This document shows positions 12,701-25,767 of a stretch of DNA of 64,000 nucleotides, piece by piece. Source of the stretch: Octopus vulgaris (taxonomy: Eukaryota). Location: NCBI GenBank assembly GCA_951406725.2, contig OX597817.1, positions 27,280,001 through 27,344,000 of the forward strand. The letters run 5' to 3'. Below the pieces are notes generated by a model. The model saw only the letters and a list, made by a program, of their open reading frames with translations, did not search any database and was not told where the DNA came from. How positions within the stretch are numbered: position 1 is the stretch's first letter; each line of letters begins with the position of its first letter. The position numbers and the translations under genes were made by a program.

Positions 12701-13578
12701 CCGTATTTGATGGCCTATAAGACGAAGAACACTCATTCGCATTGAACTATATAAAATTGAATACCAACCATATTTAAAAAAGAATCGAGATCCTGGTGCG
12801 TTGTAAAGAAGCACAACTCAATTTCGACGATTTACGAAATATATAAATATTTTTGTTTTACCCAAAAATGGATTTAAAAATCCCCTTGCCTCTAATGTAC
12901 TCAATGTAGGCTCAAAACCCGCTCAAAACGGCGTGTATGTTTACAAAACATGTGCTGCCATCTATTGATAAACAATCGCCTACGGTATGTTTATATCGAA
13001 TGTGGATGTAATAAATTGCTTATAATTACCGCTAATAAAATAAATTTATACAGGCGCAGGAGTGGCTGTGTCGTAAGTAGCTTGCTTAACCAACCACATG
13101 GTTCCGGGTTCAGTCCCACTGCGTGGCACCTTGGGCAAGTGTCTTCTTCGGGCCGACCAAAGCCTTGTGAGTGGATTTGGTAGACGGAAACTGAAAGAAG
13201 CCCGTCGTATATATGTATTTATATATATATATATATGTGTGTGTGAGTTTGTGTGTCTGTGTTTGTCCCTCCAACATCGCTTAACACACTTAACGATGGT
13301 GGTGTGTTTACGTCCCCGTAACTTAGCGGTTCGGCAAAAGAGACCGATAGAATAAGTACTGGGCTTACAAAGAATAAGTCCCGGGGTCGATTTGCTCGAT
13401 TAAAGGCGGTGCTCCAGCATGGCCGCAGTCAAATGATTGAAACAAGTAAAATAGTAAAAGAGTAGGTAATTGGAGGAATTAAAACATTATTTCAGTGGTA
13501 ATTTATCTTACAAATGTATATAGCTTACGCTAGGATGCGTCTTATGCACTCGTGCGTCTTATAGGCCATGAAATTCGG
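12701..13578. mobile_element. pogo/Tigger-like MITE with nested SINE B
   Basis: TA|CCGTATTTGATGGCCTATAAGACG ... CGTCTTATAGGCCATGAAATTCGG|TA; 24-bp imperfect TIRs, TA TSD. Confidence 0.82.
13053..13464 (+). mobile_element. SINE family B, full length
   Basis: Family match. Confidence 0.9.
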
Positions 13579-14078
13579 TATATATATTAAGTAACTGACG
13601 CGCAAAATAATTACACATGTACGTGACGCACATAAAATGCACACTCACACACATCTGACTCATACATTGTTCGCTTTCCAGGCATTTCTACATTACTGCA
13701 TGTACTTTATATGCACTTTCTGACAAGTTGTGGTGCACCTGAACACTGTATACAATAATTTCATTATTATTATTATATACACATGTCAGTATCTGTACTA
13801 AGGTACAGAAAAAAAAAAAAAAAACGATTTCTCACCGACTTTTCTTTATTTCACTCTCCCTTCCACTCACTTTTTCCTTTCTCATTTTTTTTCTTTCTCC
13901 TTATGTGTGCCTCCAGTTTCTGTTTCGTCACTCTTTTTCGTCACTCAATCCACTTTCTTTTCATTTTCCTATCTATCTCTTACTCGCATTGTGTTTCAAT
14001 TTTACTTGCCTCCCCCCCCAAAAAAAAAACAACAAAAAAAAAAAAACGCAAAGTGATTTGCTCATACATTATATTTTT

Positions 14079-14258
14079 CTCTTTTACTTGTTTCAGTCAT
14101 TTGACTGCGGCCATGCTGGAGCACCGCCTTTAGTCGAGAAAATCGACCCCGGGACTTATTCTTTGTAAGCCCAGTACTTATTCTATCGGTCACACCAGCA
14201 TCGGTTGTCAAGCAATGCTAGGGGGACAAACACAGACACACAAACATATACACACACA

Positions 14259-14296
<38 letters not shown>

Positions 14297-14444
14297 TACG
14301 ACAGGCTTCTTTCAGTTTCCGTCTACCATTTGTCGGCCCGGGGCTATAGCAGAAGACACTTGCCCAAGATGTCACGCAGTGGGACTGAACCCGGAACCGT
14401 GTGGTTGGTTAGCAAGCTACTTACCACACAGCCACTCCTGCGCC
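14079..14444 (-). mobile_element. SINE family B with two small internal deletions
   Basis: Family match. Confidence 0.9.
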
Positions 14445-15088
14445 TAAATGTTTATAAATCTAAATATTTATTTATTATTTCAAGTGTCACAAGGAGGAAA
14501 TTTTTACAGATGAACAAACCTACATGATGTTTTTTAAAACGAACGTTTTACACGCACACATACACACACACACATACACGAATGAGCACACACACACACA
14601 TGCATGTATTCACACGTGTTACGACGAATCTTAGAACCAATAATTGTGGAAACCTGTCTTTTAGTGATATTATAATTGGATCTATACAGACACAAGTATA
14701 CTCTATGCTTGAGTGTTGCGTGTAAGTGTGTGCACGTTTGTATGTTAGAGTGAGTATATGTGAATATGTGTGTGAGAAACGGAAGAAATTTAGATTTTAA
14801 TTGGAGACTTCCTGAAACGCAGCGTATACCTCATTTTGTCCACAGAGAAATAGATAAACTTAGGCAATATATTTATAAACCTGCGAAACATGCTATTTTC
14901 ATTGAATTGGAAATACCATAATACTAGTAGTAGTCAGATTGTTCACTCTTTGTCTGTCCGTGAAGAAATACTTAAAAGCATGCGTTTAAAATTTTCTTTA
15001 TATCCACACATCTACATTGCTTCGATTAAATTTTGTACCAGCACATTGTAAGATTGTATAAGTATCAGGTGAGAGTATATACTTATTA

Positions 15089-15789
15089 TCTATTATATAA
15101 AATCGGTTCTGTCTGTCTGTGTGTGTGTCTTCTAGGATCTCGGGCATCCTCCATCCTGTTGCGCTCAAATTTGATACATCGATACCGACGGTATCGGGGC
15201 ATGTATAAGTCTGGAAAAAAAAATTACAAAAATCGATTCCAGGTGAGAATGCGATCGATAAAGCCGTGGGAAAGTGCATTTGTACGCGCAAGTACATCAG
15301 CTGTTGCGATCGATACTACGCGTACGCGAGAAAAATGCACGTGCAGTTTGCGCAAAATACAGTATATTTAAGAGACCAAAATGTAAGATGCAAAAGAGAT
15401 ATTTTCTTCAAACTTGGCATGAAGGAAGGAAAGACTATTTGGTTTCTCAAGAAGTTTTTTTTTTGCCTTAACTACGTTTAGCAAAACCAAAAAATTTATT
15501 GAAATAAAGGCATGCTTAATTATTTTTTAATGAAAAAACACTGATTGCTTTTTATTCCAGCAGATATGATTCAGCACCGTCCATTGGACGGGGTACATAT
15601 TGCTCGTAGTCATATAATAAATAAACAGACGTTCGTACATGAAACTGATCTTTTTTTCTACTTCCGTTATTACATATTTTTTCTTATAAAATACACACAT
15701 GCAAGAGGAGCAAATCTCTTTATATAATAACACTTTGAATGTGGCTCCCGAGAAAGAGTAAATCTAATTACCCGATCAGCGACGGGTAA
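15089..15789 (+). mobile_element. Non-autonomous Helitron (distinct family)
   Basis: A|TCTATTATATAAAA 5' end followed by (GTCT)n; hairpin TTACCCG-ATCAGCGA-CGGGTAA at 15768-15789; terminus displaced by the next element. Confidence 0.65.
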
Positions 15790-16187
15790 TCTTTATATAT
15801 AAAAGTAAGGTTGTGTGTCTGTCTCCTACGATTTAGATTCCTAACTACTCCCACATTTTTCGGTGCAGTTTAACCAAAAGCGGGTATCTTATAGTCGTGA
15901 TTCATATCGAGCCCTTCTGGGTATTAGCGCGCGTCTACGATGAGTCTACGATTAAAAAAAAAATTACCATCATTTTTTTTCCATTTTAATGCATTTTTTC
16001 GCTATTATATAAGGGAAGTAACTCTCTAAAAATGTCTACGATGAGTCAACGATTTAAAAAAAATTTACCATCATTTTTTTTGCCATTTTTAAAGCATGTT
16101 TTTGCTCATTTTTGGCTATAACTCTCTAAAAATGCTTATATAGTTATTTCCCTTACAAACCCGAGCAACGCCGGGCGATACTGCTAG
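15790..16187 (+). mobile_element. Non-autonomous Helitron (subfamily 2)
   Basis: A|TC 5' end, CCCGAGCAACGCCGGG hairpin, CTAG end; related to 34573-34967 and 39278-39671. Confidence 0.9.
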
Positions 16188-16482
16188 ATACGGGTAAACT
16201 AATAAATTAATGACGTTACATGTCCTTTTATATGATTTAAACATCTTAAATAAGTTTGATTTTTCCAACTTATGCAGAGGTTATAGCTATGTCATACTGT
16301 TAATGCCTACTAAATCGTAGATGTTCCGTAACTGTTATTCAGAAGGGGAATGTATTTCGTCAAATGCAATGACTTAAAATCTAATTTATTATTTTTTACA
16401 TAATTTATTATTATTTACATTATATGATTGTGTGTTGAGTGTGTTGAGTAACTATTTTGATTTCATTATTTCTTTTTATATC

Positions 16483-16695
16483 TCTTTAATCTTTTATTTG
16501 TTTCAGTCATTTTGACTGCGGCCATGCTGGAGCACCGCCTTTAATCGAGCAACTCGACCCCGGGACTTATTCTTTGTAAGCCCAGTACTTATTCTATCGG
16601 TCTCTTTTGCCGAACCGCTAAGTAACGGGGACGTAAACACACCAGCATCGGTTGTCAAGCAATGTTAGGGGGACAAACACAGACACACAAACACA

Positions 16696-16741
<46 letters not shown>

Positions 16742-16906
16742 TACGACGGGCTTCTTTCAGTTTCCGTCTACCAACTCCACTCATAAGGCTTTGGTCGGCC
16801 CGAGGCTATAGTAGAAGACACTTGCCCAAGGTGCCACGCAGTGGGACTGAACCCGGAACCATGTGGTTGGTAAACAAGCTACTTACCACACAGCCACTCC
16901 TGCGCC
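16483..16906 (-). mobile_element. SINE family B, full length
   Basis: Family match. Confidence 0.9.
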
Positions 16907-17017
16907 TATATGACTGTCATTAAAGAAACAGCTTACACTTGTTCACTTTAGAAATGCAGTAATTCACAATTTACATTTGTAAAGACAGGTTGACACTAGG
17001 TAATATTTTGGAATTTT

Positions 17018-17417
17018 AAGGCGGTGAGCTGGTAGAATTGTTAGCACGCCCGGCGTAATGCGTAGCCGTATTTCGTCAGCCGTTAGGTTCTGAGTTAAAA
17101 TTCCGCCGAGGTCGACTTTGCCTTTCATCCTTTCGGGGTCGATAAATTAAGTACCAGTTACGCTCTGGGGTCGATATAATCGACTTAATCCGTTTGTCTG
17201 TCCTTGTTTCTCCTCTCTGTGTTTTAGGCCCTTGTGAGTAGTAAAGAAATAGGTATTTCGTCTGTCTTTGCGTTCTGAGTTCAAATTCCGCCGAGGTCGA
17301 CTTTGTCTTTCATCCTTTCGGGGTCGATAAATTAAGTACCAGTTGCGTACTGGGATTGATCTAAGCGACTGGATCCCTCCCCAAAAATTTCGGGCCTAGT
17401 GCCTATAGTAGAATAGA
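17018..17417 (+). mobile_element. SINE family A, dimeric form
   Basis: Core repeated twice with different tails; TSD AATATTTTGGAATTTTA brackets the whole dimer. Confidence 0.9.
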
Positions 17418-17653
17418 ATATTTTGGAATTTTATATTTCCCCTTATACTATTCAACATATTAGATTTCCTTAATCTATTGAGTGTCTCTGTATAACTTCA
17501 TAACCTGCTGTTTTTATTTCAATAATCGTTCGAATATCGGCAAGGAAACTTCGGATGAGTGATTTGTTTATTTTTACCCTTTAATAATATATCGTGACTC
17601 GTTGTTTTTGAGTAGAGTATTTTCTTCAGCGCGTTTGTATATACAGACACACT

Positions 17654-18467
17654 CAGTAATGGATTGACCATTAAGCAAAATAAGCACGTTCTTAGAATAT
17701 CAAGCGACAGGGAGGCATCGAAGAAATAATAAATGTTTTACGGCACAAAAGAAATCACTTTAAACTTGTTAAAATAATATTTAGGATGTCTTATCTCTAC
17801 AAAGTTTAGAAGCAGATGTGTTACATACGATTAACTTTGAGGATCTGATCAAAAGCCTTGCAATTAAAGAAGAGAAAGCATTTCAAGTAAAAATAAAGTG
17901 GAAGTATACAAAAATAAACATTATTTTCCATCTTACTGTTAGTTTTGTATTATTTTGAAAACTATAACTTTATTTCATGGTTATATTTTGAATTACTTAT
18001 ATACATGGGGCAGGAGTGGCTGTGTGGTAAGTAGCTTGCCTGCCAACCACATGGTTCCGGGTTCAGTCCCACTGCGTGGCACCTTGGGCAAGTGTCTTCT
18101 ACTATAGCCTCGGGCCGACCAAAGCCTTGTGAGTGGATTTGGTAGACGGAAACTGAAAGAAGCCTGTCGTATATATGTGTATATATATATGTGTGCGTGT
18201 TTCTGTGTCTGTGTCTGTCCCCCTAGCATTGCTGGTGTGTTTACATCCCCGTTACTTAGCGGTTCGGCAAAAGAGACCGATAGAATAAGTACTGGGCTTA
18301 CAAAGAATAAGTCCTGGGGTCGAGTTGCTCGACTAAAGGCGGTGCTCCAGCATGGCCGCAGTCAAATGACTGAAACAATTAAAAGATTAAAAGATTAAAA
18401 GATTAAAGATGGGGGCACCAAAATCTTTTAAGTGCTTTGGCCCTCTATGGGTCTTAATCCGGCCCTG
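17654..18467 (+). mobile_element. Internally deleted hAT transposon with nested SINE B
   Basis: Ends CAGTAATGGATTGA / TTAATCCGGCCCTG; flanks GACACACT / GACATACA (6/8); SLEADVLHTINFEDLIKSLA (~17805-17865) resembles a hAT C-terminal dimerisation region. Confidence 0.6.
18007..18408 (+). mobile_element. SINE family B, full length
   Basis: Family match; (TTAAAAGA)n tail. Confidence 0.9.
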
Positions 18468-19214
18468 GACATACACACAGACGTACATACACACAATAAT
18501 GTAGGTGTGAAAGAGCGCCAATGTGAGCTTGTCTTTGTGTGCATGCATATGGCGCATGCTTAACAAATTTGAAAATCCAATTGTGATTAAAAGTGTTCCG
18601 ATATATTCACGTTTTATCTAATGATTCATTGCAAGTTGAAACCTGCAGCTAGCATTCGCTCATTATGCTGATTTTGATTTTACTATTTCTGTTATGCCAC
18701 TCTCTGCACTTGTTTAGTGATCAAGCTTCGTAAATAGTACATCATTCTTTCGCTTACCTTCTTTCTTCCGCGTTTAGTTTTCCTTTAGGTGTAGCACATT
18801 CTTGAAAATGTCGTCTATAATTATTGCCACCAATCTTGGCTTCGTAAGAAAACCCTCCAGTTAAAAGTGGGATTGCGTGGCATCAGTAGTTGCACGAATT
18901 TCTTGAAGAGATATTTGTTCTATTGACTAAATTTTGATCTAAGTATCAGAGCAAATTACCTTTTTTAATTAGCATCCAGCGCTATTACTCGAGAATCTGG
19001 CAAAGACGAGTAGAAATTTATTTCTGTACTGTAATTACATATGGCTGTATGTATGCATACATACATACATGCATACATACATATGTACGTTCGTACATAA
19101 TACATACATACGTATACACATATATACACACACACAAACACACACATATATATATATATATATACACACACGCGCAGATACATGCCTGAATCATATATAT
19201 AAGTATATATTGAA

Positions 19215-19444
19215 GGTGGCGAGCTGGCAGAAACGTTAGCACGCCGGACGAAATGCGTAGCCGTATTTCGTCTGCCGTTACGTTCAGAGTTCAAATTCCG
19301 CCGAGGTCGACTTTGCCTTTCATCCTTTCGGAGTCGATAAATTAAGTATCAGTTACGCACTGGGGTCGATGTAATCGACTTAACCCGTTTGTCTGACCTT
19401 GTTTGTCCTCTCTGTGTTTAGCCCTTGTGGGTAGTAAAGAAATA
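19215..19444 (+). mobile_element. SINE family A, full length
   Basis: Family match. Confidence 0.9.
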
Positions 19445-19466
19445 TATCTAAGTATATATATACATA

Positions 19467-19878
19467 GGCGCAGGAGTGGCTGTGTGGTAAGTAGATTGCT
19501 TATCAACCACATGGTTCCGGGTTCAGTCCCACTGCGTGGCATCTTGGGCAAGTGTCTTCTGCTATAGCCCCGGGCCGACCAACGCCTTGTAAGTGGATTT
19601 GGTAGACAGAAACTGAAAGAAGCCTGTCGTATATATGTATATATATATGTATGTGTGTGTATATGTTTGTGTGTCTGTGTTTGTCCCCACTAGCATTGCT
19701 TGACAACCGATCCTGGCGTATTTACGTCCCCGTAACTTAGCGGTTCGGCCAAAGAGACCGATAGAATAAGTACTGGGCTTACAAAGAATAAGTCCCGGGG
19801 TCGATTTGCTCGACTAAAGGCGGTGCTCCAGCATGGCCGCAGTCAAATGACTGAAACAAGTAAAAGAGTAAAAGAGTA
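19467..19878 (+). mobile_element. SINE family B, full length, followed by (TG)n
   Basis: Family match. Confidence 0.9.
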
Positions 19879-19879
19879 T

Positions 19880-19928
<49 letters not shown>

Positions 19929-21550
19929 CGTGCGTGTTGCGTATCGATGTATGTATATATGTATTAGCATTTTGATTATTTGTTCTTTGATGTCGATGTT
20001 TCAAGATTATTGTCAAATGCTCTGAGACCGACATGTAATTAAAATAAGAGAATAGTATGCACGATTGATTTCTCCCTTAATTATTGCAAACGGAATACTT
20101 TCAAAATAGAAAATGTTTTGGCCCAAGATTTCTGATAAATATTTTCGATCTATATATATATATACATAAGAATTTGTGCATTGTCGCGAACGCTCTCCAT
20201 GCACATACATAATATCACATGAATACATGAATATATATGAGCGTATGTGCGTGTGCTCGCGCGCCTCTGTGTGTGTGTGCGCGCGAATGCATCCTCATCC
20301 ACTTTCTTGCACTTACGCATGAGTACAATTATCTATGGTTGCATGTATACATAAATGGTTTTATTTACACACACATTTACTCGCACACAACAAATATATA
20401 AACATGTATACCACGAACACACGCGTAAATTACACACGCACATATATGACTGTATACATAATTTTACAGATACTTGTGTCATCTTGTGAGCAAATAAATA
20501 TGTGAACATTATCTATATATATACCAGCCACTCTTTTTGTATATATATAATGTATTTGTTATATTTTCTAATATTCCCGTAATGATGACAATTTGCCAAG
20601 AACCATGATCCTTTCTAAATTATTCTAAGGAATAATTGAATACCATTATGTAAGTTCAGTTTTTCTTTTAGAATTTACTCTTCTATTTTAGGAAAAATAA
20701 TTAAAAACTTTCTCAGTATAATATTTCTGTAAATGTTTCTCCATTAAAATCCCATTAACGTTAAAAAGCACAAATATGTTGGTGTCTATTATTTCATACA
20801 ATTTCTTTTCGTCTTATTTCAGATTGTAAATTGCTGTCTAGATGTAACATCGGAATTATTTTCGGCTTGTATTATATATATATATGTTATAAAACAGATG
20901 CGTATTTATGTTAGTGTTTAAGTGAGCGAAAACCAAATCATATAAAACAGTAAATTAACAGACATGAATTATTTTCCAGGAATCATATTTAGTACATATT
21001 GTTTTTATTTAAGCAATTTATTTTTCAATGTATGTTTCGTAAGATTTTTGTGTGTTTTTGAGGGATCATTAGAAGCTTTACAGTCTTGTGCACTGACAGG
21101 GGCACACTATTGAAGAATGTGGAATGCACAGGTACGTAGGAAACCTATAGGCTTATAAGGAACTAAAAACGGTGAGAATTTTCAATTTCATAAAACTAGA
21201 GGCTTTTTAGGAATATAAGCTGTTAAGATATTTTCGAAGTATATTAATATGAGTCAAATGAAATGGTTTTGGCATCAGTGGAAGTTATACTTAATTCTTT
21301 GCTATTCTTATCGTAATGATAACTATTGTTTAAACATCCAATTCAATGGTTGAAACTATTTTACTCTCTGTGAACTGCAAACCCTACATTCTAGACTTAT
21401 TTCAAAAGAATTTAAACTCAACTTTAAATCCTGTATATACGAATATCTGTATGTATAGAAATATTTGTAGCGTTTAAAAAGCTGCCTAACCGCACCTACT
21501 CTTCCTTTTGACTCTTTTACTTTTTACTTTATATATATATATGTATATAT

Positions 21551-21927
21551 TCTTTTATTTGTTTCAGTCATTTGACTGCGGCCATGCTGGAGCACCGCCT
21601 TTAGGCGAACAAATCGACCCCAGGACTTATTCTTTGTAATCCTAATACTTATTATATCGGTCTCTATTGCCGAACCGCTAAGTTACTGGCACGTAAATAC
21701 ACCAACACCGGTTGTCAAGTGATGGTACACAAACAGACACATAAACATATATATATATATATACGATGGGATTTTTCCAGTTCCCGTCTACCAAATCCAC
21801 TCACAAGGCTTCGGTCAGCCCCAGGCTATAGTAGAAGACACTTGCCCAAGATGCCACGTAGTAAAACCGAACCCGGAACCATGTGGTTGGTATGCAAGCT
21901 ACTTACCACACAGCCAATCCTGCACCT
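21551..21927 (-). mobile_element. SINE family B, diverged
   Basis: Family match. Confidence 0.88.
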
Positions 21928-21950
21928 ATTATATATATATATATATATAT

Positions 21951-22205
21951 CGTGACGCATATTTGCCATTTGAATATGGCTAACCCATAAGGGCGGATGC
22001 TACTGTAGTTTGTAGCCCCAGGAATATATCTCCTCCAGCTGGCTATAGACACACTATCTGTGTCCTCTCAGTATTTGTGAAGGGGAGTCATCCGGCCGTA
22101 GAAACATTGCCAGATCAGACTGGGCCTGGTGCAGCCTTCTGGCTTCCCAGACCCCAGTTGAACCGTCCAACCCATGCTAGCATGGAAAGCGGACGCTAAA
22201 CGATA

Positions 22206-22236
<31 letters not shown>

Positions 22237-22334
22237 CAGATGTCAGATCCTGATCGTTATGGTTAGCTGTTAACTTGAAATTATCTGAGTGCTAATACGA
22301 CATCCGCTCGGATAATATCTTCCTCCCAAACCAC

Positions 22335-22338
<4 letters not shown>
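21951..22338. mobile_element. Unclassified element inserted in (TA)n, itself interrupted by a family E tail
   Basis: Complex sequence bounded sharply by (TA)n on both sides. Confidence 0.45.
22089..22235 (+). mobile_element. Retroposon 3' tail (family E, RTE-associated-like) ending in (GAT)n
   Basis: Homologous to the reverse complement of 38862-39030; ..AACCCATGCTAGCATGGAAAGCGGACGCTAAAC(GAT)n. Confidence 0.75.
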
Positions 22339-22371
<33 letters not shown>

Positions 22372-23454
22372 GATGTATGTATGTATTTTCAAATTTAAAC
22401 AAATTCAACAGTTATTATTTGGTACTATAATACTTTAGTTTCATATGTAAATTTGAATTGAACAAAATAGTAGCAACTATTTTGCATTTGCACTCAAACT
22501 TTCTATCTCATTAATACTACAACAGTATATAGTCTTCAAATTTTTATGAACTTACCATACAGTAAAGATGGTAGCCGAATATGATTATACAGTAGTTCAC
22601 CTTTACAAATGGCCATTTGAAATATATTTTCAAATAAAAGCCATAATACGTTATTTTGATATATGGACTTAATTCATGACCAGAACAAACACGTAGTCAT
22701 TTGCAAATTCTCTATAGAATAGAAATAACCTTCAGGTACCAATTATGACTTGTCAAGACTCCAAATGTCATACAATAAAAGAATGCTTCATTTATCATCA
22801 AAATGATAGTTTCTTTAGTTGAGTTTAGCTACTAGATGAAAGATGTGAGCTATTTAGTGAAATTATTTCATAATATTTCAATTATTCTGTGAGGACCAAC
22901 AGTAAGCCTCGATGTTTGAAAAGATTTGAATGTGTATCCCAACACATCTAAATGTAAAATATAAACTTGATTAAGGACGTAGAATATATACAAATACTTA
23001 CATCGAGACGGTATATTACTATTATATTACAAATACGGCACATGACACATGCATTAGCTATGCAGATAATAGAAATGCAACAACTTTACGTTAGGTCTGA
23101 AATTCTATTTAAGCAAAATTGCAGCGTGGACATCTGAGAAATTCTGTAGAAAAGAAAATATGGTTGTTATTGGTTGTTGGACCCAAAGCCCTATGTGCAA
23201 TGATGTTGCGTTCATTAAATTCTTTTAGGGGCATTTAAGACTTCATTATCTAATGTATTCATTCATTTCCAAAGACGACAGGGTTCGATTTAAAGAAAAC
23301 AGGGCTACTTTTTTAGCAAGTTGAGTGACCAAACAAACGGTCCGCCGTTACTTGAAGTGACTAATACTGACCCAGAGGAGGCTCGTTACTGAATGTTTTT
23401 CTTAACAGATATCTATTAATAATATATATAGTTGATCAGTACAGTTATGATATA

Positions 23455-23816
23455 CTCTTTACTTGTTTCAGTCATTTGACTGTGGCCATGCTGGAGCACC
23501 ACCTTTAGTCGAGCAAATCGACCCCAGGACTTATTCTTTGCAAGCCTAGAACTTATTCTATCGGTCTCTTTTGCCGAACCGCTAAGTTACGGGGACGTAA
23601 GCATACCAGCGTCGGTTGTCAAGCATATACACACACACATATATACATATATACGACGGGCTTCTTTCAGTTTCCGTCTACCAAATCCACTCACAAGGCT
23701 TTGGTTGACCCGAGGCTATAGTAAAAGACACTTGCCTTAGGTGCCACGCAGTGGGACTGAACCCTGAACCATGTGGTTGGTAGGCAAGCTACCTACCACA
23801 CAGCCACTCCTGCGCC
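23455..23816 (-). mobile_element. SINE family B
   Basis: Family match. Confidence 0.9.
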
Positions 23817-24042
23817 TATGGTAACAGAATATTCTATTTTACTTATACTGGTTTCACTCATTGAAATGCAGTCATACTGGGGAACCAGATACAAGGGTTT
23901 GAGCTGATCTTAGTGACCACATTACTTATATTACCTTAGTATTGATTTTCTTTATCGCTCTATATTTTCCCCAATTAGTTCATTTAACATTTTGACACAA
24001 CACCGAAGTTGTTTTAATCGGGTGTGCTATTTAAAACCTCGT

Positions 24043-24250
24043 AACGAGCTGGTAAACTCATTAGCACGCCGGATAAAAGCTTAGCAGCGTTTCGTCCGGC
24101 TTTACGTTCATAAACAAAATGCTACCGAGGTTGACTTAGACTTTCATCCTTTCGAGCTCGATAAAATAAGTATCAGTCGAGCACTGGGACGGATGTATCG
24201 ACTTCTCTCTGCACCGAAAGTTGCTGGCCTTGTGACCAAAATTGGAATGA
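24043..24250 (+). mobile_element. Old diverged SINE family A copy
   Basis: Degenerate head and CTTTCATCCTTTCG core. Confidence 0.75.
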
Positions 24251-24288
24251 AATATTTGTATAACAGTGCATCCAAGAGCCAGTTTCCC

Positions 24289-24522
24289 TTATTTCTTTAT
24301 TGCTCACAAGGAGCTAAACGTAGAGGGGATAAACAAGGACAGACAAAGAGATTAATTCGATTACATTGACCCCAGTGCGTAACTGGTACTTAATTTATCG
24401 TCCCCGAAAGGATGAAAGGCAAAGTCGACCTAGGCGGAATTTGAACTCAGAACGTAACGGCAGACGAAATACGGCTACGTATTTTGCCCGGCGTGCTAAC
24501 ATTTCTGCCAGCTCGCCGCCTT
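24289..24522 (-). mobile_element. SINE family A, full length
   Basis: Family match; 15-bp TSD AGAGCCAGTTTCCCT. Confidence 0.92.
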
Positions 24523-24961
24523 AGAGCCAGTTTCCCTGTCATTTATTCCTTGACTTATATATCATGGCAGGACTACGCTGAACATTTAATGCATTCTTTA
24601 GCAAGTGTGGAGACATGGTATAAGAAAGCTTGATGATGGTGCGGAGGGTTAGTTTTCACAGTAAATTTTTAATGTTACTAGTATGTCAATAACGCACAAC
24701 CGAAAAATAGCTAATGAATGGTAGATTATAAATTTTTAAGGCGTAGCCATTTGAATCTTTTAAAATATTTTGAAAAGTATGTATTGCATGATGTCGTGTA
24801 AGTTCTATCGATTACAAGTCCTTTTCCTCGTATGAATCTTCACCACAACAAGAACTGTTATAATTTGAGGCACAAACACAACTCCACATGTGTCGGTGTG
24901 GGATATCGTTGACATGAGTCCTGGTAGAATTTGAACAGAGAATGTGAAAGCAAGATATATA

Positions 24962-25767
24962 TTGACTTCAAATTTTGGCACAGGTCGACACCAGTACTCA
25001 ATTGCTACTTATTTCATCGACCACGATAAGATGAAAGGCAAAGTCGATCTCGGCGGAGTTTGAAATCAGACCATAAAGAAGGGCGAAATACTTATTTCTG
25101 TATTGCCTACGAGGGGCTAAACATAGAAGGGTCAAACAAGGACAGACGGAGATAAAAACTCTTAGATGAAACAAAAAAAGATCGAAGAAAGTTTTTAACG
25201 CAATATGCTATCATTAATTGCTGTAACTACTCCGAGACTCACCCTTACAATGATCTAAATCACATTTTCGTGAAGAATCAAATGACAAAGTTTTTATATT
25301 ACTCTCAAAATGTAACACGCATTGCAGTCATGCATGGTATTATTTTCTACTCTAGACACAAGGTCTGAAATGTTTGGGGAAGGGGCCAGTCGATTAGATC
25401 GACTCCAGTACGCAAATGGTACTTAATTTATCGATCCCGAAAAGATGAAAGGCAAAGTTGACCTCGGCGGAATTTGAACTCAGAACGCAAAGACAGATGA
25501 AATACTGCTAAGCATTTCACCCGGCGTACTAACGTTTCTTATTTCTTTATTGCCCACAAGGGGCTAAACATAGAGCGGACAAACAAGGACAGACAAAGGG
25601 ATTAAGTCGATTACATCGACCCCAGTGCGTAACTGCTACTTAATTTATCGATCCCGAAAGGATGAAAGGCAAAGTCGATCTCGGTGTAGTTTGAAATCAG
25701 ACCATAAAAAAGGACGAAATACTGCTAAGCATTTCGCCCGGCGTGTTAACAATTCTGCCAGCTCACC
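24962..25767 (-). mobile_element. Cluster of SINE A segments enclosing a captured unique segment
   Basis: Three A cores; 25146-25342 is non-SINE and matches 44513-44712. Confidence 0.85.

Noticed and set aside
20580-21140. Possible small host exons (AG/GT-bounded pieces; also ~51360-51536 minus and ~52748-52767 minus)
   Set aside because: Splice-like signals occur by chance in AT-rich DNA and there is no recognisable protein; RNA-seq would be needed
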